Shown: piece by piece, positions 1 through 10,158 of the stretch | How positions within the stretch are numbered: the first letter of the stretch is position 1 | How the letters are laid out: every line of letters starts with the position of its first letter | From: a virus | Lineage: Duplodnaviria > Heunggongvirae > Uroviricota > Caudoviricetes | Length of the DNA: 64,000 nt | Strand: one strand, 5' to 3' | IMG/VR virus record: IMGVR_UViG_3300018475_000095 | The notes under the pieces: model-generated | The model's database searches: none | The model's input: only the letters and a program-made list of their open reading frames with translations | What the model was told of the DNA's origin: nothing | Program-made: the position numbers and the translations under genes

Positions 1-468
1 TATTTTACAGTCATCTAAACGATCAAATTCTTCATATATATCTTGCTCAGTTAATTGCCAATCAAGTCTTTCTCTCGAATCTTTGTTTATATGATTTATA
101 GGTATATATGCATTTTTTAATCCAGGTGTATAGATACATGGACCCATTAATTTACATGTCAATGGGTCCAAACTATTATCCGTTTCAGTATCTATAGCTA
201 TTGCTTTATTTGATATAGCTTGATTAATATATGAGTGAAGCTCATCTCGGGTTTTTATAACTAGAGTATCATCTTTATATTTACCTAATATCTTTAAAAC
301 ATTTTCAGTTATTATAGATAATCTATCGTCTAAAGATAATTTTTTTGATTTTACTTGTTTTTCTACTACAACTTTTGGCTCTTTTGGTTCTTTAATCTTT
401 TTAATTATTTTTTTAGTCTCTTTTATTTTAGTCTCGACTATAAATTCATCTCCCCACAATGAGTCCAT
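1..468 (-). CDS. Family A DNA polymerase, N-terminal part (3'-5' exonuclease region); runs off the left edge
   Basis: Not in ORF track. ATG at 468 after GGAGG; open frame to base 1: MDSLWGDEF...KAIAIDTETDNSLDPLTCKLMGPCIYTPGLKNAYIPINH, a PolA-type ExoI DTET motif. Confidence 0.8.
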   Translation of the reverse strand, partial: MDSLWGDEFIVETKIKETKKIIKKIKEPKEPKVVVEKQVKSKKLSLDDRLSIITENVLKILGKYKDDTLVIKTRDELHSYINQAISNKAIAIDTETDNSLDPLTCKLMGPCIYTPGLKNAYIPINHINKDSRERLDWQLTEQDIYEEFDRLDDCKI

Positions 469-480
469 ATGTTGTCCTCC

Positions 481-1290
481 TTATTGATCTTCATAGATTC
501 TTCTTGGTTTACCAAATGGTTCATCATCACCTCCAAATACCTCAGTTGGGGTATATGTTCTAGGTGCTTGCACAGGATCAATATTTGGTGTATATGTTCT
601 CATTGGTTGAGGTTGCTCTGGTTGTACGTAAGTTGGAGTATGAGCTGGCTCAACTGGAGTTGTGTTAGCTGATACTGATGCTGATTGATTAACTTCTCCT
701 GAGATCATAGTTTTTAATTGATCATAAGATTTATTTATAATTGCTTTTCCTAAAGCTTTAACATCTTTAAACGCTTCTGGATCTTTTGTATAAATATCAT
801 TTCTGTAGATAGCTGGACTTGCGAACATAATATCATAAGTAGTATCCACAGACCCAGATTCTCCATTTCTTTTAACTTTAAATAAACACTCTGAAAGATC
901 TCCATATTCAGTGCATAAATTAGCCATTGTAGTGATATAAGCGCTAGATCGTTCCCAAAATTTAGGAATACCTTTAAATGTGCCATCTTCTTGTTTTACA
1001 TACTCAACTAAATGAATATAGATTCTTTTTTGTAGTTGTACGCCGGCTGCGCATAATGGACATGCATCTGTTGGTTGATTTAGCTCTCTAATACAATTTA
1101 CCTTTTTAAATTTTCCATCGATAGACATTCCATGAACTAGATTGATATCAAAATCTGCTGGCGATTGATGCATAAATCTTACTACAGCTTCATCCTTATC
1201 ATTCTTTAAAGCAAAATAACCAATTCTAGGTCCTTGATTATTTGCTTGTTGTTTTTGACTTTCATAGTCTTGATAACTTAATTGTCCCAT
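481..1290 (-). CDS. Single-stranded DNA-binding protein (T4 gp32-like)
   Basis: Likely start MGQLSY at 1290 after GGAGG; F.LKNDKDEAVVRF, C..CPLC zinc motif, acidic Pro/Gln-rich tail; sits in replication cluster. Confidence 0.7.
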   Translation of the reverse strand: MGQLSYQDYESQKQQANNQGPRIGYFALKNDKDEAVVRFMHQSPADFDINLVHGMSIDGKFKKVNCIRELNQPTDACPLCAAGVQLQKRIYIHLVEYVKQEDGTFKGIPKFWERSSAYITTMANLCTEYGDLSECLFKVKRNGESGSVDTTYDIMFASPAIYRNDIYTKDPEAFKDVKALGKAIINKSYDQLKTMISGEVNQSASVSANTTPVEPAHTPTYVQPEQPQPMRTYTPNIDPVQAPRTYTPTEVFGGDDEPFGKPRRIYEDQ

Positions 1291-1357
1291 TTTTATTACC
1301 TCCATAAATTTATTCAAACATGGGCTGTTTGCTAATATAATATACATTTATTTTTTA

Positions 1358-2299
1358 CTAAATAATTATAATTTTCAAATTTTCAAACTCTTCTTTTGTT
1401 AAATCATTGACATCTTTACCTCTAGGCAGCTGTTTATATGATATCAAAACATCATCAGGCATTTTTAACTTAAACTTAGCTCTTCCTGCATCACCTGCTG
1501 CATCACCATCAAAACATAAAATATAATTTCTTATCCCACTTCTGGATAAAATTTTATATTGATTAGCAGAACCTGTACCAATTAAAGCAACTGCTGGATA
1601 TCCCCATGATTGTAATGTCAAAGCATTTATTTGACTCTCTGCTATGTAAACTGTTTTGTGTCCTTCTGCTACTACAAAGTTTAGTAAATAAACAGGTTTT
1701 TCTTTATTCTCATCAATCATGAATATTTTAGAATCAATACTTCTCTTTGTTATCATTACTAAGTTATTATGAATATCCCATACTGGGAAACATATCATGC
1801 GAGATTTTTTATCGAACCCAACTTTATATTTATTGATAACATCTCTTGATAGTTTTCTAGTGAACATATAATCATTATAATAATCAAAATCATCTAATAT
1901 TTTTTCATCTAAAAATTGTTGCTTTTTATCTAACTTTATTTCAGGTAAATATTCTTTCTTTTGAATAAAAATATCTCCAAAGCGTTGGTATAGCCACTCC
2001 TCTCCAAAATCTTCAGATTCTTCATTAAAGCAATGTGATACAATACTTGCTAGTGTGCCTACTCTTTTGCATGTAAAACAATGAAATGTACCATAAGTAA
2101 GGGTGTTAGAATCTTCCCCACAATATATTTCACATGATGGATGCTTTTCTTGTCCATTACTGTGAAAAGGACAGGTGATACGAATATTCGTACCCCTGTC
2201 TTGGATTGATTTAAATATATCTTTATTTACTTCTAGTTTTATTTGATTTAATATATCAGGTATGCTCGCATTTATTATTGCATTCTTTATTCTTAACAT
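1358..2299 (-). CDS. dnaG: DNA primase (CHC2 zinc finger + TOPRIM)
   Basis: CPFH...HCFTC zinc finger; YIAESQINAL and ILCFDGDAAG TOPRIM motifs; KDVND. Confidence 0.9.
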   Translation of the reverse strand: MLRIKNAIINASIPDILNQIKLEVNKDIFKSIQDRGTNIRITCPFHSNGQEKHPSCEIYCGEDSNTLTYGTFHCFTCKRVGTLASIVSHCFNEESEDFGEEWLYQRFGDIFIQKKEYLPEIKLDKKQQFLDEKILDDFDYYNDYMFTRKLSRDVINKYKVGFDKKSRMICFPVWDIHNNLVMITKRSIDSKIFMIDENKEKPVYLLNFVVAEGHKTVYIAESQINALTLQSWGYPAVALIGTGSANQYKILSRSGIRNYILCFDGDAAGDAGRAKFKLKMPDDVLISYKQLPRGKDVNDLTKEEFENLKIIII

Positions 2300-2301
2300 A
2301 A

Positions 2302-3576
2302 CTAAAAAGCATTAACTCCTTCATCAGTATCATAATCAAACTCTTTTCTCAATTCTTCGCATTGAGCGGTATTTGTACCATCCTCATCATCTGGAATATA
2401 TACAAAATTTCCTTGATTAAAATCAACCGCGTACCTAAGTTTTTTACCAGATTCAGAATCTCTAGATTTTGTAAGAGACAATGTCATTATTCCATCTTTT
2501 TGTTCAGCAAAAATAATAGTTGTGGAATCCTGACCGATTCTATCCGATTGAGCAATCATATGATTCCCAACGCCGTTTTCGGTGCTTTCTCTATTTTGCT
2601 GAGATACAGTTATAATTGGAATTCTAGTCATTACTTGTAGATTTTTTATATCCCTAGAAATATTTGCAGCTTTTTCAATTGGACTTTTAGCTTTTCTCTC
2701 ATCCTCTAATAAACTATGCTGATCAATACATAAGATATCTAATTTATCTTTTTCTATAAAAGATTTTAAAGCAGATACAGTAGCAGGTCCGCCTAGCATA
2801 TCTGGAGTAGTAACAAAGATACTACCTGCTATTTTGGTCTTTAAATTATCAATATAATCTTTATATTTGGATTGACTGCTGACATTTCCATGAGTTAAAT
2901 CTTTATTTGATATGTGTCCATATAGAGTATCTATTCTATAAGCTACTTTATCGACAGCCATCTCACCTGAATATATACCTACGCGTAACCCTTGTTCGGC
3001 TGCTGCTAAAGCAGTTCGTAATAATAACCAAGTCTTACCATTACCTAATCTAGCTACAATTGTAGCATATTCTTCTTGCCTATCCCATCCTCCAATTATA
3101 TTATCTAATTCTTTAAACCCAGTTCTAACATAAGCTTTTCTAATATCAGAACATTTATCTATATATTTTTCATATCTAGAGATATCATCAATAATGTTGA
3201 CAGATTGCATGCTAGTATTTTCGGATAACTTGCTTGTTGCATTTAAATAAATATTCATAGCTTCATCTACTTTATCATTATTTAAAAGATCTCTTACTTT
3301 ATTAAAAGTCGAAGCTAATGCTCGTCTATTCTTATCTTTATATAATTCATCTAATAAATATTTATTAGATTCTTCTACTTTTATAATATCAAAGTCTTTA
3401 AAATTAGCTAAAAAAGTTTCTTTGTCAGGTATATTTCCATAAGAAGAAAAATGGTTACAAATAAATTTATATTCTTCCTTATAATCTGAGAAGAACTCAT
3501 CATCTAAATTATTACTAGTAAGCATATATGAATCTCTGCTATCTAATAATCTATTTAAGTATTGTAGTTGTATCAT
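2302..3576 (-). CDS. dnaB: Replicative DNA helicase (DnaB family)
   Basis: Walker A ARLGNGKT, YSGEM, ILCIDQHSLL, SQQNRE, IAQSDRIGQDS, KSRD motifs. Confidence 0.9.
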   Translation of the reverse strand: MIQLQYLNRLLDSRDSYMLTSNNLDDEFFSDYKEEYKFICNHFSSYGNIPDKETFLANFKDFDIIKVEESNKYLLDELYKDKNRRALASTFNKVRDLLNNDKVDEAMNIYLNATSKLSENTSMQSVNIIDDISRYEKYIDKCSDIRKAYVRTGFKELDNIIGGWDRQEEYATIVARLGNGKTWLLLRTALAAAEQGLRVGIYSGEMAVDKVAYRIDTLYGHISNKDLTHGNVSSQSKYKDYIDNLKTKIAGSIFVTTPDMLGGPATVSALKSFIEKDKLDILCIDQHSLLEDERKAKSPIEKAANISRDIKNLQVMTRIPIITVSQQNRESTENGVGNHMIAQSDRIGQDSTTIIFAEQKDGIMTLSLTKSRDSESGKKLRYAVDFNQGNFVYIPDDEDGTNTAQCEELRKEFDYDTDEGVNAF

Positions 3577-4244
3577 TACATCATACCTCTCTTATCTTGG
3601 CCTCTCAGTTGAATAATCTTTGAATTATTTATAATACGACTATACAATCTAATTCCTAATTTTGCTTGAATATCATCCGGAAACATATTTGAAGTGTATA
3701 TGTTACTTTTCTTCAGATTCGTCCTATAATCAATCATGTTTAATAAATTCTCATGCTCAAACTCAGTTGCAGATTTAGTTGCGATCTCATCCCATACCAC
3801 TATATCAGCTTTATAGATATTAGATTTTATATGATCTATATAAGCTGAAGGTTGGGATAAACTTTGCTTTAATTCTAAGAAAAATCTTGGCACATTTATA
3901 AATAAACATTTACATTCTAGAGATGCTGTTGGCCATATCTTATTTAAATAAGATTGCAATAATCTGGTCGCCCAGGCTGTCTTACCATTACCGGTTGTAT
4001 CTGAGTAGATATATAAATTATTTCCAGATTTTACAAAAGATTCTATATCTAATTCAATTGATTTTAAAACTTTAAAAGATTCAGTATCTATAGGTTCTGC
4101 AATTAAATTTACATGTAAGCGTTGAGAATCAGAAAGTAAGCTATTATTGTATAAAGTATTTAATTTTATATATTTCACACAAAAATTATCGCAAAATCCT
4201 TGATTAGCATATTTTTTACATTTTGATTTTAACCAACATTCCAT
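3576..4244 (-). CDS. DnaC/IstB-like helicase loader ATPase
   Basis: TGNGKT Walker A, DIVVWDEI Walker B, IYTSN, RLYSRI, GQDKR; directly upstream of DnaB. Confidence 0.85.
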   Translation of the reverse strand: MECWLKSKCKKYANQGFCDNFCVKYIKLNTLYNNSLLSDSQRLHVNLIAEPIDTESFKVLKSIELDIESFVKSGNNLYIYSDTTGNGKTAWATRLLQSYLNKIWPTASLECKCLFINVPRFFLELKQSLSQPSAYIDHIKSNIYKADIVVWDEIATKSATEFEHENLLNMIDYRTNLKKSNIYTSNMFPDDIQAKLGIRLYSRIINNSKIIQLRGQDKRGMM

Positions 4245-4975
4245 TAAAATACTTCTCCTCCAGTTATCGGTGCTCGAGCTGCTGGGGTTGAAATCTGATG
4301 AGTTTTTTTCCAGCTAGTCTCATAATCTTTTTTAAATACATTTATAGCCCAATTAGCATCTCTATATCCATTTACTGTTGCTATTTCAATCAATTTCAAA
4401 GCTAAATCTAAATCTCCTTTCGCATATTCATCAATTGTTCTTTGGAATACTTGTATAGCACTTTTAGATAAAAACCCTTTTGGGTTTGCATAAACGCCGT
4501 CTACCCAATCTTGATAAGCAGTCAATAACTCTTGATTCGGCGCTTTAATAAGATATTTTAACCCTAAAGCTTGTTGTTGTCTTGCTGATATCTTTCCTGT
4601 CTTTAAAGTTTTTGGTAATCGGGTTATTTTAGTCACTTTATTTAAAAGTTTTTCATCTCCATTTGCAATAATGTTTACAAGGCTTACAATATCAAATGAT
4701 ATATGAACAACATTCAACAATGGATTATCCTCTTGTCTAGTTACTAAATTTAGTTCAATTAATTTATCTTCAATTTGAACTTGCTCTTCTACGCTTAATT
4801 GAATTATATTTAATATCGTTTCTCTATTTATTTCAAAAAAGTTATTATCTTGAATATTATTTTTCATTTCATTCATTATATAAGATAAATATATTGATGT
4901 TCTAATACCAAATACTTTTATGAACTCTAGATTAACCATTAAATAATTTTTACTGCATAGTAAATCTAATAGCAT
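4244..4975 (-). CDS. Putative replication initiator/replisome organiser
   Basis: Start MLLDLL at 4975 after GGAGG; N-terminal wHTH-like segment (LSVEEQVQIEDKLIELNLV); precedes loader and helicase. Function inferred from context. Confidence 0.5.
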   Translation of the reverse strand: MLLDLLCSKNYLMVNLEFIKVFGIRTSIYLSYIMNEMKNNIQDNNFFEINRETILNIIQLSVEEQVQIEDKLIELNLVTRQEDNPLLNVVHISFDIVSLVNIIANGDEKLLNKVTKITRLPKTLKTGKISARQQQALGLKYLIKAPNQELLTAYQDWVDGVYANPKGFLSKSAIQVFQRTIDEYAKGDLDLALKLIEIATVNGYRDANWAINVFKKDYETSWKKTHQISTPAARAPITGGEVF

Positions 4976-4991
4976 AATTGCCTCCAATAAT

Positions 4992-5927
4992 TTATCATAC
5001 AATACAGTGATCTGATTCAATTTCTCTTATGTATGATGAAATTCCTTTAAAAATATTTTTTATTAATTTTGATATCTTAACAGGAGATTCATTAATTAAA
5101 ATATCTTTCGCCTGATTCAATTTTAATCGATCAACGGTATATAAAGATGAAAAAATATCACAATAACGCTCATCTAGACTTCTAAGATGTTTAGACAATT
5201 TAACCGCGCTAAATACTTGTTTATATTTTCCATCTTCAGATTTTTTTGATATAAAAGTATCAGTGTTTATAACTCCATCGATAACTAAAGCATCAATATA
5301 TCTATTCTTTTTAATTAATGATGATACTAAATTATAGCACATTGAATTTATTCTAGAATTCTCTGGATCACTAAATGAATCTTGAAGTGTTATATCATCT
5401 GGATCATCAGTAAACATATCATGGATTCGTTTATGCTTCTCGTAATTTATGGATCTATTTTTATTATTTGCTGCTTGATAAAAAATTTGTCGAGTAGATG
5501 CGATACACATATTTATACATTTATCTGGGCCTTTTGGATCTAAATATATATTATTATTAATTTTGCCAGATTGATCCCATTTAGCAACAGTAATTGGATT
5601 TCCATTCTCGTCTAATGTATTAACAACTAGTTTTCTTTTAGATGAATATTTTTTATTCCAAGATTTATGCTCTAATGCATATAAAATAGCATGAGATAAC
5701 CATTCATAACAATCTTCTTTTGTAACATTCGAAGCATGACTCTTTGCATAGTATTTTTTAATCGCTCCCCAGTATCTGCACATTATAGCGGCAACATACC
5801 CTTCTTTTAAATATGGGTTGGTTTCATATTTCTCATATGAACGGACTAATTCATTTTTATCTATAGTTCTCCAATTTTCAATTCTATCAGCAACTGACTC
5901 ATGAATTTTTTTATACTGTAATAACAT
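4992..5927 (-). CDS. Hypothetical protein, possibly sigma-factor-like; ends TGA-TAA (Trp then stop under UGA=Trp)
   Basis: Start MLLQYKK at 5927 after AGGAGG; EDCYEWLSHAILYALE segment weakly resembles sigma region 2. Confidence 0.45.
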
Positions 5928-6026
5928 ATTATACCTCCTATTTATTACACTATATATTATATGATATAATTTTAAAAATGTATACTGATTTACCAAAGTT
6001 TTTTTAAATTTTTTGAATTTTTTATG

Positions 6027-6060
6027 GATAGGTAGGGATTATAATATTTCCCTACCTATC
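6027..6060. terminator. 12-bp perfect inverted repeat after SNF2 gene
   Basis: GATAGGTAGGGA-10 nt-TCCCTACCTATC immediately past the stop at 6067. Confidence 0.7.
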
Positions 6061-6066
6061 TTTATC

Positions 6067-7764
6067 CTAATTATTATTGTTTTTTATAGCTAAATCTTGA
6101 ATGTATTTTCTCAATATATCGATATTTTCTTCTGATATTTCATCATCTATAACATATTCAGATACTGCTTTTTTATCATTTACAATTTCATCGACCCTTT
6201 CATCAATTGTATCTTTTACAATCAATCTATATATAAATACGGTGTCTTTTGTACCTATTCTATGAATTCGATCCTCTGCTTGACTTGTTACTGCATATGT
6301 CCATGGGGTATCTATAAAGATCATATATGAAGCTGAATTTAACGTTATACCAGTTCCACATTTTTGAGATGTAGCTAAAAAGATCTTATGATCTGGATTA
6401 TTTTGAAAATTATCTATATTGTGGCTGATTGTCGCATCATCTATATCCCCAGTATTAACAGTAGGTTTAAGATCTTTTAACATATTTTCTAACTCATATA
6501 TTGCATCTTTAAATACAGAAAATATAACTACTTTATGACCTGATTCGACTATTTCTCTAGCTAATTCGCATGCCCGCTTTAATTTTGCACTTACGATTGG
6601 TAAAGTAGTTAAGGTGCTTGGGGTAGCAGTCGCTTGTCGTAATCTGCTAACCATTGCTAACAAGGCTGTGTTTGTTATCTCTACTTTATCTACCGAATCA
6701 CATATACCTGCTTCAAGATCTGAATAAAATTTTAACTGGTCTTCATTCATTTCTATATATTCAGATATTATTACTTTTGGAGGGAGATTTAACTCATCAG
6801 ACTTTTTTCTCCTTATAGAAAATTTATTTAACTGATCTTTAAGTATATCTAAGTTTCTATAACCAATAAGCGTATTATTAAATGGTCCAGCATATCTAGA
6901 GTAGTAATACTTAAATGTAGAAAAAGGGGATCTTTCAACTCCTATCCATTTTAAAGGGACATAAGCATCCGCAGGATTATTCGTTAATAAAGTTCCAGTT
7001 AACCCTACTTTATAATCAGCTTCTAATTTTAATAAATTATTACCTTGATCAGTATTAACACTTTTGCAAGCATGTATCTCATCTACAACAATCATATCAA
7101 AAGATGTCCTAGATTTTTTAAATGCAGATATTACTTCATCTTTTCTTAAAGTTTCAATATTAGTTATAACAAAAAATTCTTCAATATCAGATAATATATG
7201 TTCGCATCTAGCTTCAACTGATCCAATAACTGATTTTCCTTTTCTATTTATTCTTTCACCTAATATAGTTGCGCTTAGATTACTATGTTTTTTAATTTCT
7301 TTCTTCCAATTATATTTTAAATTATTTATACCACATATTATTAGACAATGCTTTATCTTACCTTGCTTATAGAGTTCTTCTGCTATATGGATTATTTGAT
7401 AAGTCTTACCTAATCCTGCTTCGTCTAATAACAGCCATGATTTATGATTGAGCCCGTATTGTATTCCTTCGAGCTGATAAGCATAAGGTTTCATGTAGTA
7501 ATTAGATGTATCTAGTTCATATGTAGATTCAGTAATTTCATTTTCATACAACAATTTCAAATCAATAGTATCTATAGATGTCAACTTATCTAAGACTGCT
7601 TGCAATTCAGTTAATGGAATTTCTCATTCTTTTGATTTTTTATCATATACTTTAAGATCTAATGTTTTCATATTTTTAACGATATCCGGATGATAGTCAA
7701 ATGATAAAAATAAAGATGTCAATCCAGGTATTTTTTTAGTTGTTCTCTCTTCTATGTAAATCAT
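6067..7764 (-). CDS. SNF2-family helicase with N-terminal HARP-like segment; in-frame TGA (codon 47) read as Trp
   Basis: ATG at 7764 right after upstream stop; frame open except TGA at 7624-7626 in YDKKSKE*EIP; LLLDEAGLGKT, VVDEIH, QAEDRIHRIG motifs. Confidence 0.9.
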
Positions 7765-7766
7765 TC

Positions 7767-8069
7767 TTATCCTTCAAATAATGTCAATCTGTCAGATGGG
7801 TATTTATTAGATATAAAATCATCACTGAAATCATGTTCGATATCATGCGTAACTGAATATTTTATATCTGCTTTGATTAATAATGCGCATCCACAATGTT
7901 CGCAGCAAAATTGTTCTTGCTTATCTGGATATATACCATAATATGTATCTATTTTACCATCTACCGTTCTTTCAATATCTTTTGGTTGACCAATTAATTG
8001 AGATGGTATAAAAATTTCTCCTGGAAGGTATTCCCAATTACATTTTGGGCATCTTATAATGTCATTCAT
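7767..8069 (-). CDS. Small zinc-ribbon protein
   Basis: CPKC...CEHCG pairs; AGGAG RBS. Confidence 0.6.
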   Translation of the reverse strand: MNDIIRCPKCNWEYLPGEIFIPSQLIGQPKDIERTVDGKIDTYYGIYPDKQEQFCCEHCGCALLIKADIKYSVTHDIEHDFSDDFISNKYPSDRLTLFEG

Positions 8070-8113
8070 AATTTTATCTCCTTTAATTATATTATACAGG
8101 GATAGAAAAAGAA

Positions 8114-8147
8114 AAACAATGAAAAATTAATTTTAATTTCATTGTTT
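8114..8147 (-). terminator. Rho-independent terminator at end of tail/baseplate operon
   Basis: AAACAATGAAA/TTTCATTGTTT inverted repeat followed by a T-rich tract on the minus strand. Confidence 0.65.
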
Positions 8148-8167
8148 CTCCTTTTAAAAATAATTAT

Positions 8168-8890
8168 TTATATCTCACCATCATCTATTATAAAATCTTT
8201 ATTTAACCAATCTTCAAACAAAACTGTAGAACTTGAATCATTTGTACTTAAACTACTATTTATTTTTTGAGGTGTCACTTCTATAAAATCTAAATTATAT
8301 CTTATTTTATAATTAAGTTGGGTTGCAACTTTATTAGACTGACTATCAGTACTATCGGAAGATGGGTTTAATAATGCTATAGGTAAAACATAATAAGGAT
8401 TACCACCATCTTCTCCTTCAAGTATACGAGGACTAAGGTTCGAGTTATCTGTTATTTCACTTATTTCTACTGATAATCCATCATAATAGCTAATTGTTTC
8501 ATCATCTAAAGTTGTAAGAGTATCATTACCTACTAATTCTGAAATTTTTATATTGTTTATCTCTTTATCCTTACTATATTGTAATCTTAACTCTACTATA
8601 TATGAGTTACCACTTTGTATGCCATTAGTATATACTTGTGTGTAGTTATTAATTAACTTTATAAAATAACCACCTATATTACATTCCCCTAGTTTTATAG
8701 TAACCTCATCGCTACCGCTGACTGTGTTATGACCATAAATCACACCCAAACCATTTATTATAAAAGATTGCTCATCAGTTAGTCTGTTTATCAAATTAGT
8801 TATATTATATTCAAGATTTAATCTACCTAAAAAATCATCTCTATTTGCTGCTGGATATATCTTTATATCACTACTTTTAAAATTACCCAT
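8168..8890 (-). CDS. Baseplate/tail-associated structural protein
   Basis: Last gene of baseplate operon; 240 aa; position only. Confidence 0.45.
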   Translation of the reverse strand: MGNFKSSDIKIYPAANRDDFLGRLNLEYNITNLINRLTDEQSFIINGLGVIYGHNTVSGSDEVTIKLGECNIGGYFIKLINNYTQVYTNGIQSGNSYIVELRLQYSKDKEINNIKISELVGNDTLTTLDDETISYYDGLSVEISEITDNSNLSPRILEGEDGGNPYYVLPIALLNPSSDSTDSQSNKVATQLNYKIRYNLDFIEVTPQKINSSLSTNDSSSTVLFEDWLNKDFIIDDGEI

Positions 8891-8904
8891 TTAATACCTA
8901 CCTT

Positions 8905-9417
8905 TTAAGCATTCTTTAAATACATAGTCCATTCAACTATTAAACTAGTACCTAATTCTAAATTTAATACTTCAGGTAATTGAACTCTTGCTAATAGAGT
9001 ACTACCTGTTTCTGTTCCAAATAATCCTATTTCATAAATATCTTGGTCATTTACACTGCTATAAGGAACTATACCTTGAAAAGTAACAGACACTTCCGAT
9101 TTTGTCTCTTTTATAGAACTATCATCTCTGATAGGAACTCTGGACATAGTTAAAGGCTCTTTTAGATCAGTACGAGTAAATATATCTTCAGATGTGGTAC
9201 CTTTACCCAAACCTAAATATCTAGGTGAATAATTTACAGTAGAATCATAAGTTCTTTTCAATAAAACCATTGCTATACCAAAGAATAGGTCTCTGGTTGC
9301 TTTATTATTTATAGATACTGTTTTTAGAATTTTTTTACCTCTAACTACTTTTAACTTAACATTGCCTTCTTCTTTAATAGAACTCTTTATACCTATACTA
9401 TTCATTGTTATCTCCAT
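8905..9417 (-). CDS. Tail fibre attachment/baseplate protein
   Basis: YLGLGKG...EIGLFG...LLARV pattern typical of myovirus fibre-proximal proteins. Confidence 0.5.
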   Translation of the reverse strand: MEITMNSIGIKSSIKEEGNVKLKVVRGKKILKTVSINNKATRDLFFGIAMVLLKRTYDSTVNYSPRYLGLGKGTTSEDIFTRTDLKEPLTMSRVPIRDDSSIKETKSEVSVTFQGIVPYSSVNDQDIYEIGLFGTETGSTLLARVQLPEVLNLELGTSLIVEWTMYLKNA

Positions 9418-10144
9418 TTGATGATATTGTAGTTACTGTTGTTGAAAAATCTTGATTAAATGGTTTTAATTTAGCTACATCCACACTAATAACTTCTGTT
9501 GCTATATAATTACTTACAGAATTATTTATTATATTATTTACCTTTAATTCATCATTATCATTTTTTGTTCCTTTATCAACTGAAATAATTGCTGATAAAG
9601 TAGGTGCACCGTTTTTATAGTAGCTTGTTATATCATGTCCCTCAATTTCAGATTTAGTTACATCTCTGTTTGCAATATCATACTTACCTATAGATAAGGT
9701 AAATCCAGTTGGTATGGTATAACTTAGGACATCTTCTAATAATATCTTGTTGACTATAGATTTTTCAGTATAAATTGCAATTTCGCTTCTATTAGGGTCT
9801 ATTTCTATTATACTGTCACCATAGTTATTCTCTGCTTTTAAAATAGTATTCAAAGCTATTTCTATACTTTTTTTACTTCCTTTATATTTTAATATCAAAG
9901 GAAATGCCCTTATAATCTCCCTAAGAGCATAAGTGTTATATTCGCTCTTAGGGAAAAATCCAACTCTAGTGCAGAGCAATGGTAATACTCTATCATTGCA
10001 TTTTAAAGGGTCTAAAAGATTATCTATAGATTTTATACTAAATCTCACACCATTATTTACATAATCATATAATCTTAAAAATAATTGAAAATCTCTTGAT
10101 TCTTTTATATACACTTCAGGTACATTATTCTCTAATCTAAACAT
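9398..10144 (-). CDS. Baseplate wedge protein (P2 gpI-like)
   Basis: LPLLCTRVGF...YKGSKKSIE motif; follows the J-like gene. Confidence 0.65.
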   Translation of the reverse strand: MFRLENNVPEVYIKESRDFQLFLRLYDYVNNGVRFSIKSIDNLLDPLKCNDRVLPLLCTRVGFFPKSEYNTYALREIIRAFPLILKYKGSKKSIEIALNTILKAENNYGDSIIEIDPNRSEIAIYTEKSIVNKILLEDVLSYTIPTGFTLSIGKYDIANRDVTKSEIEGHDITSYYKNGAPTLSAIISVDKGTKNDNDELKVNNIINNSVSNYIATEVISVDVAKLKPFNQDFSTTVTTISSNGDNNE

Positions 10145-10158
10145 TTATTTTATGCTCC

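Noticed and set aside
750-986. 78-aa minus-strand ORF nested in the SSB gene, and similar nested ORF 37805..37993
   Set aside because: Out-of-frame overlaps without RBS or motifs; expected by chance in AT-rich coding DNA.
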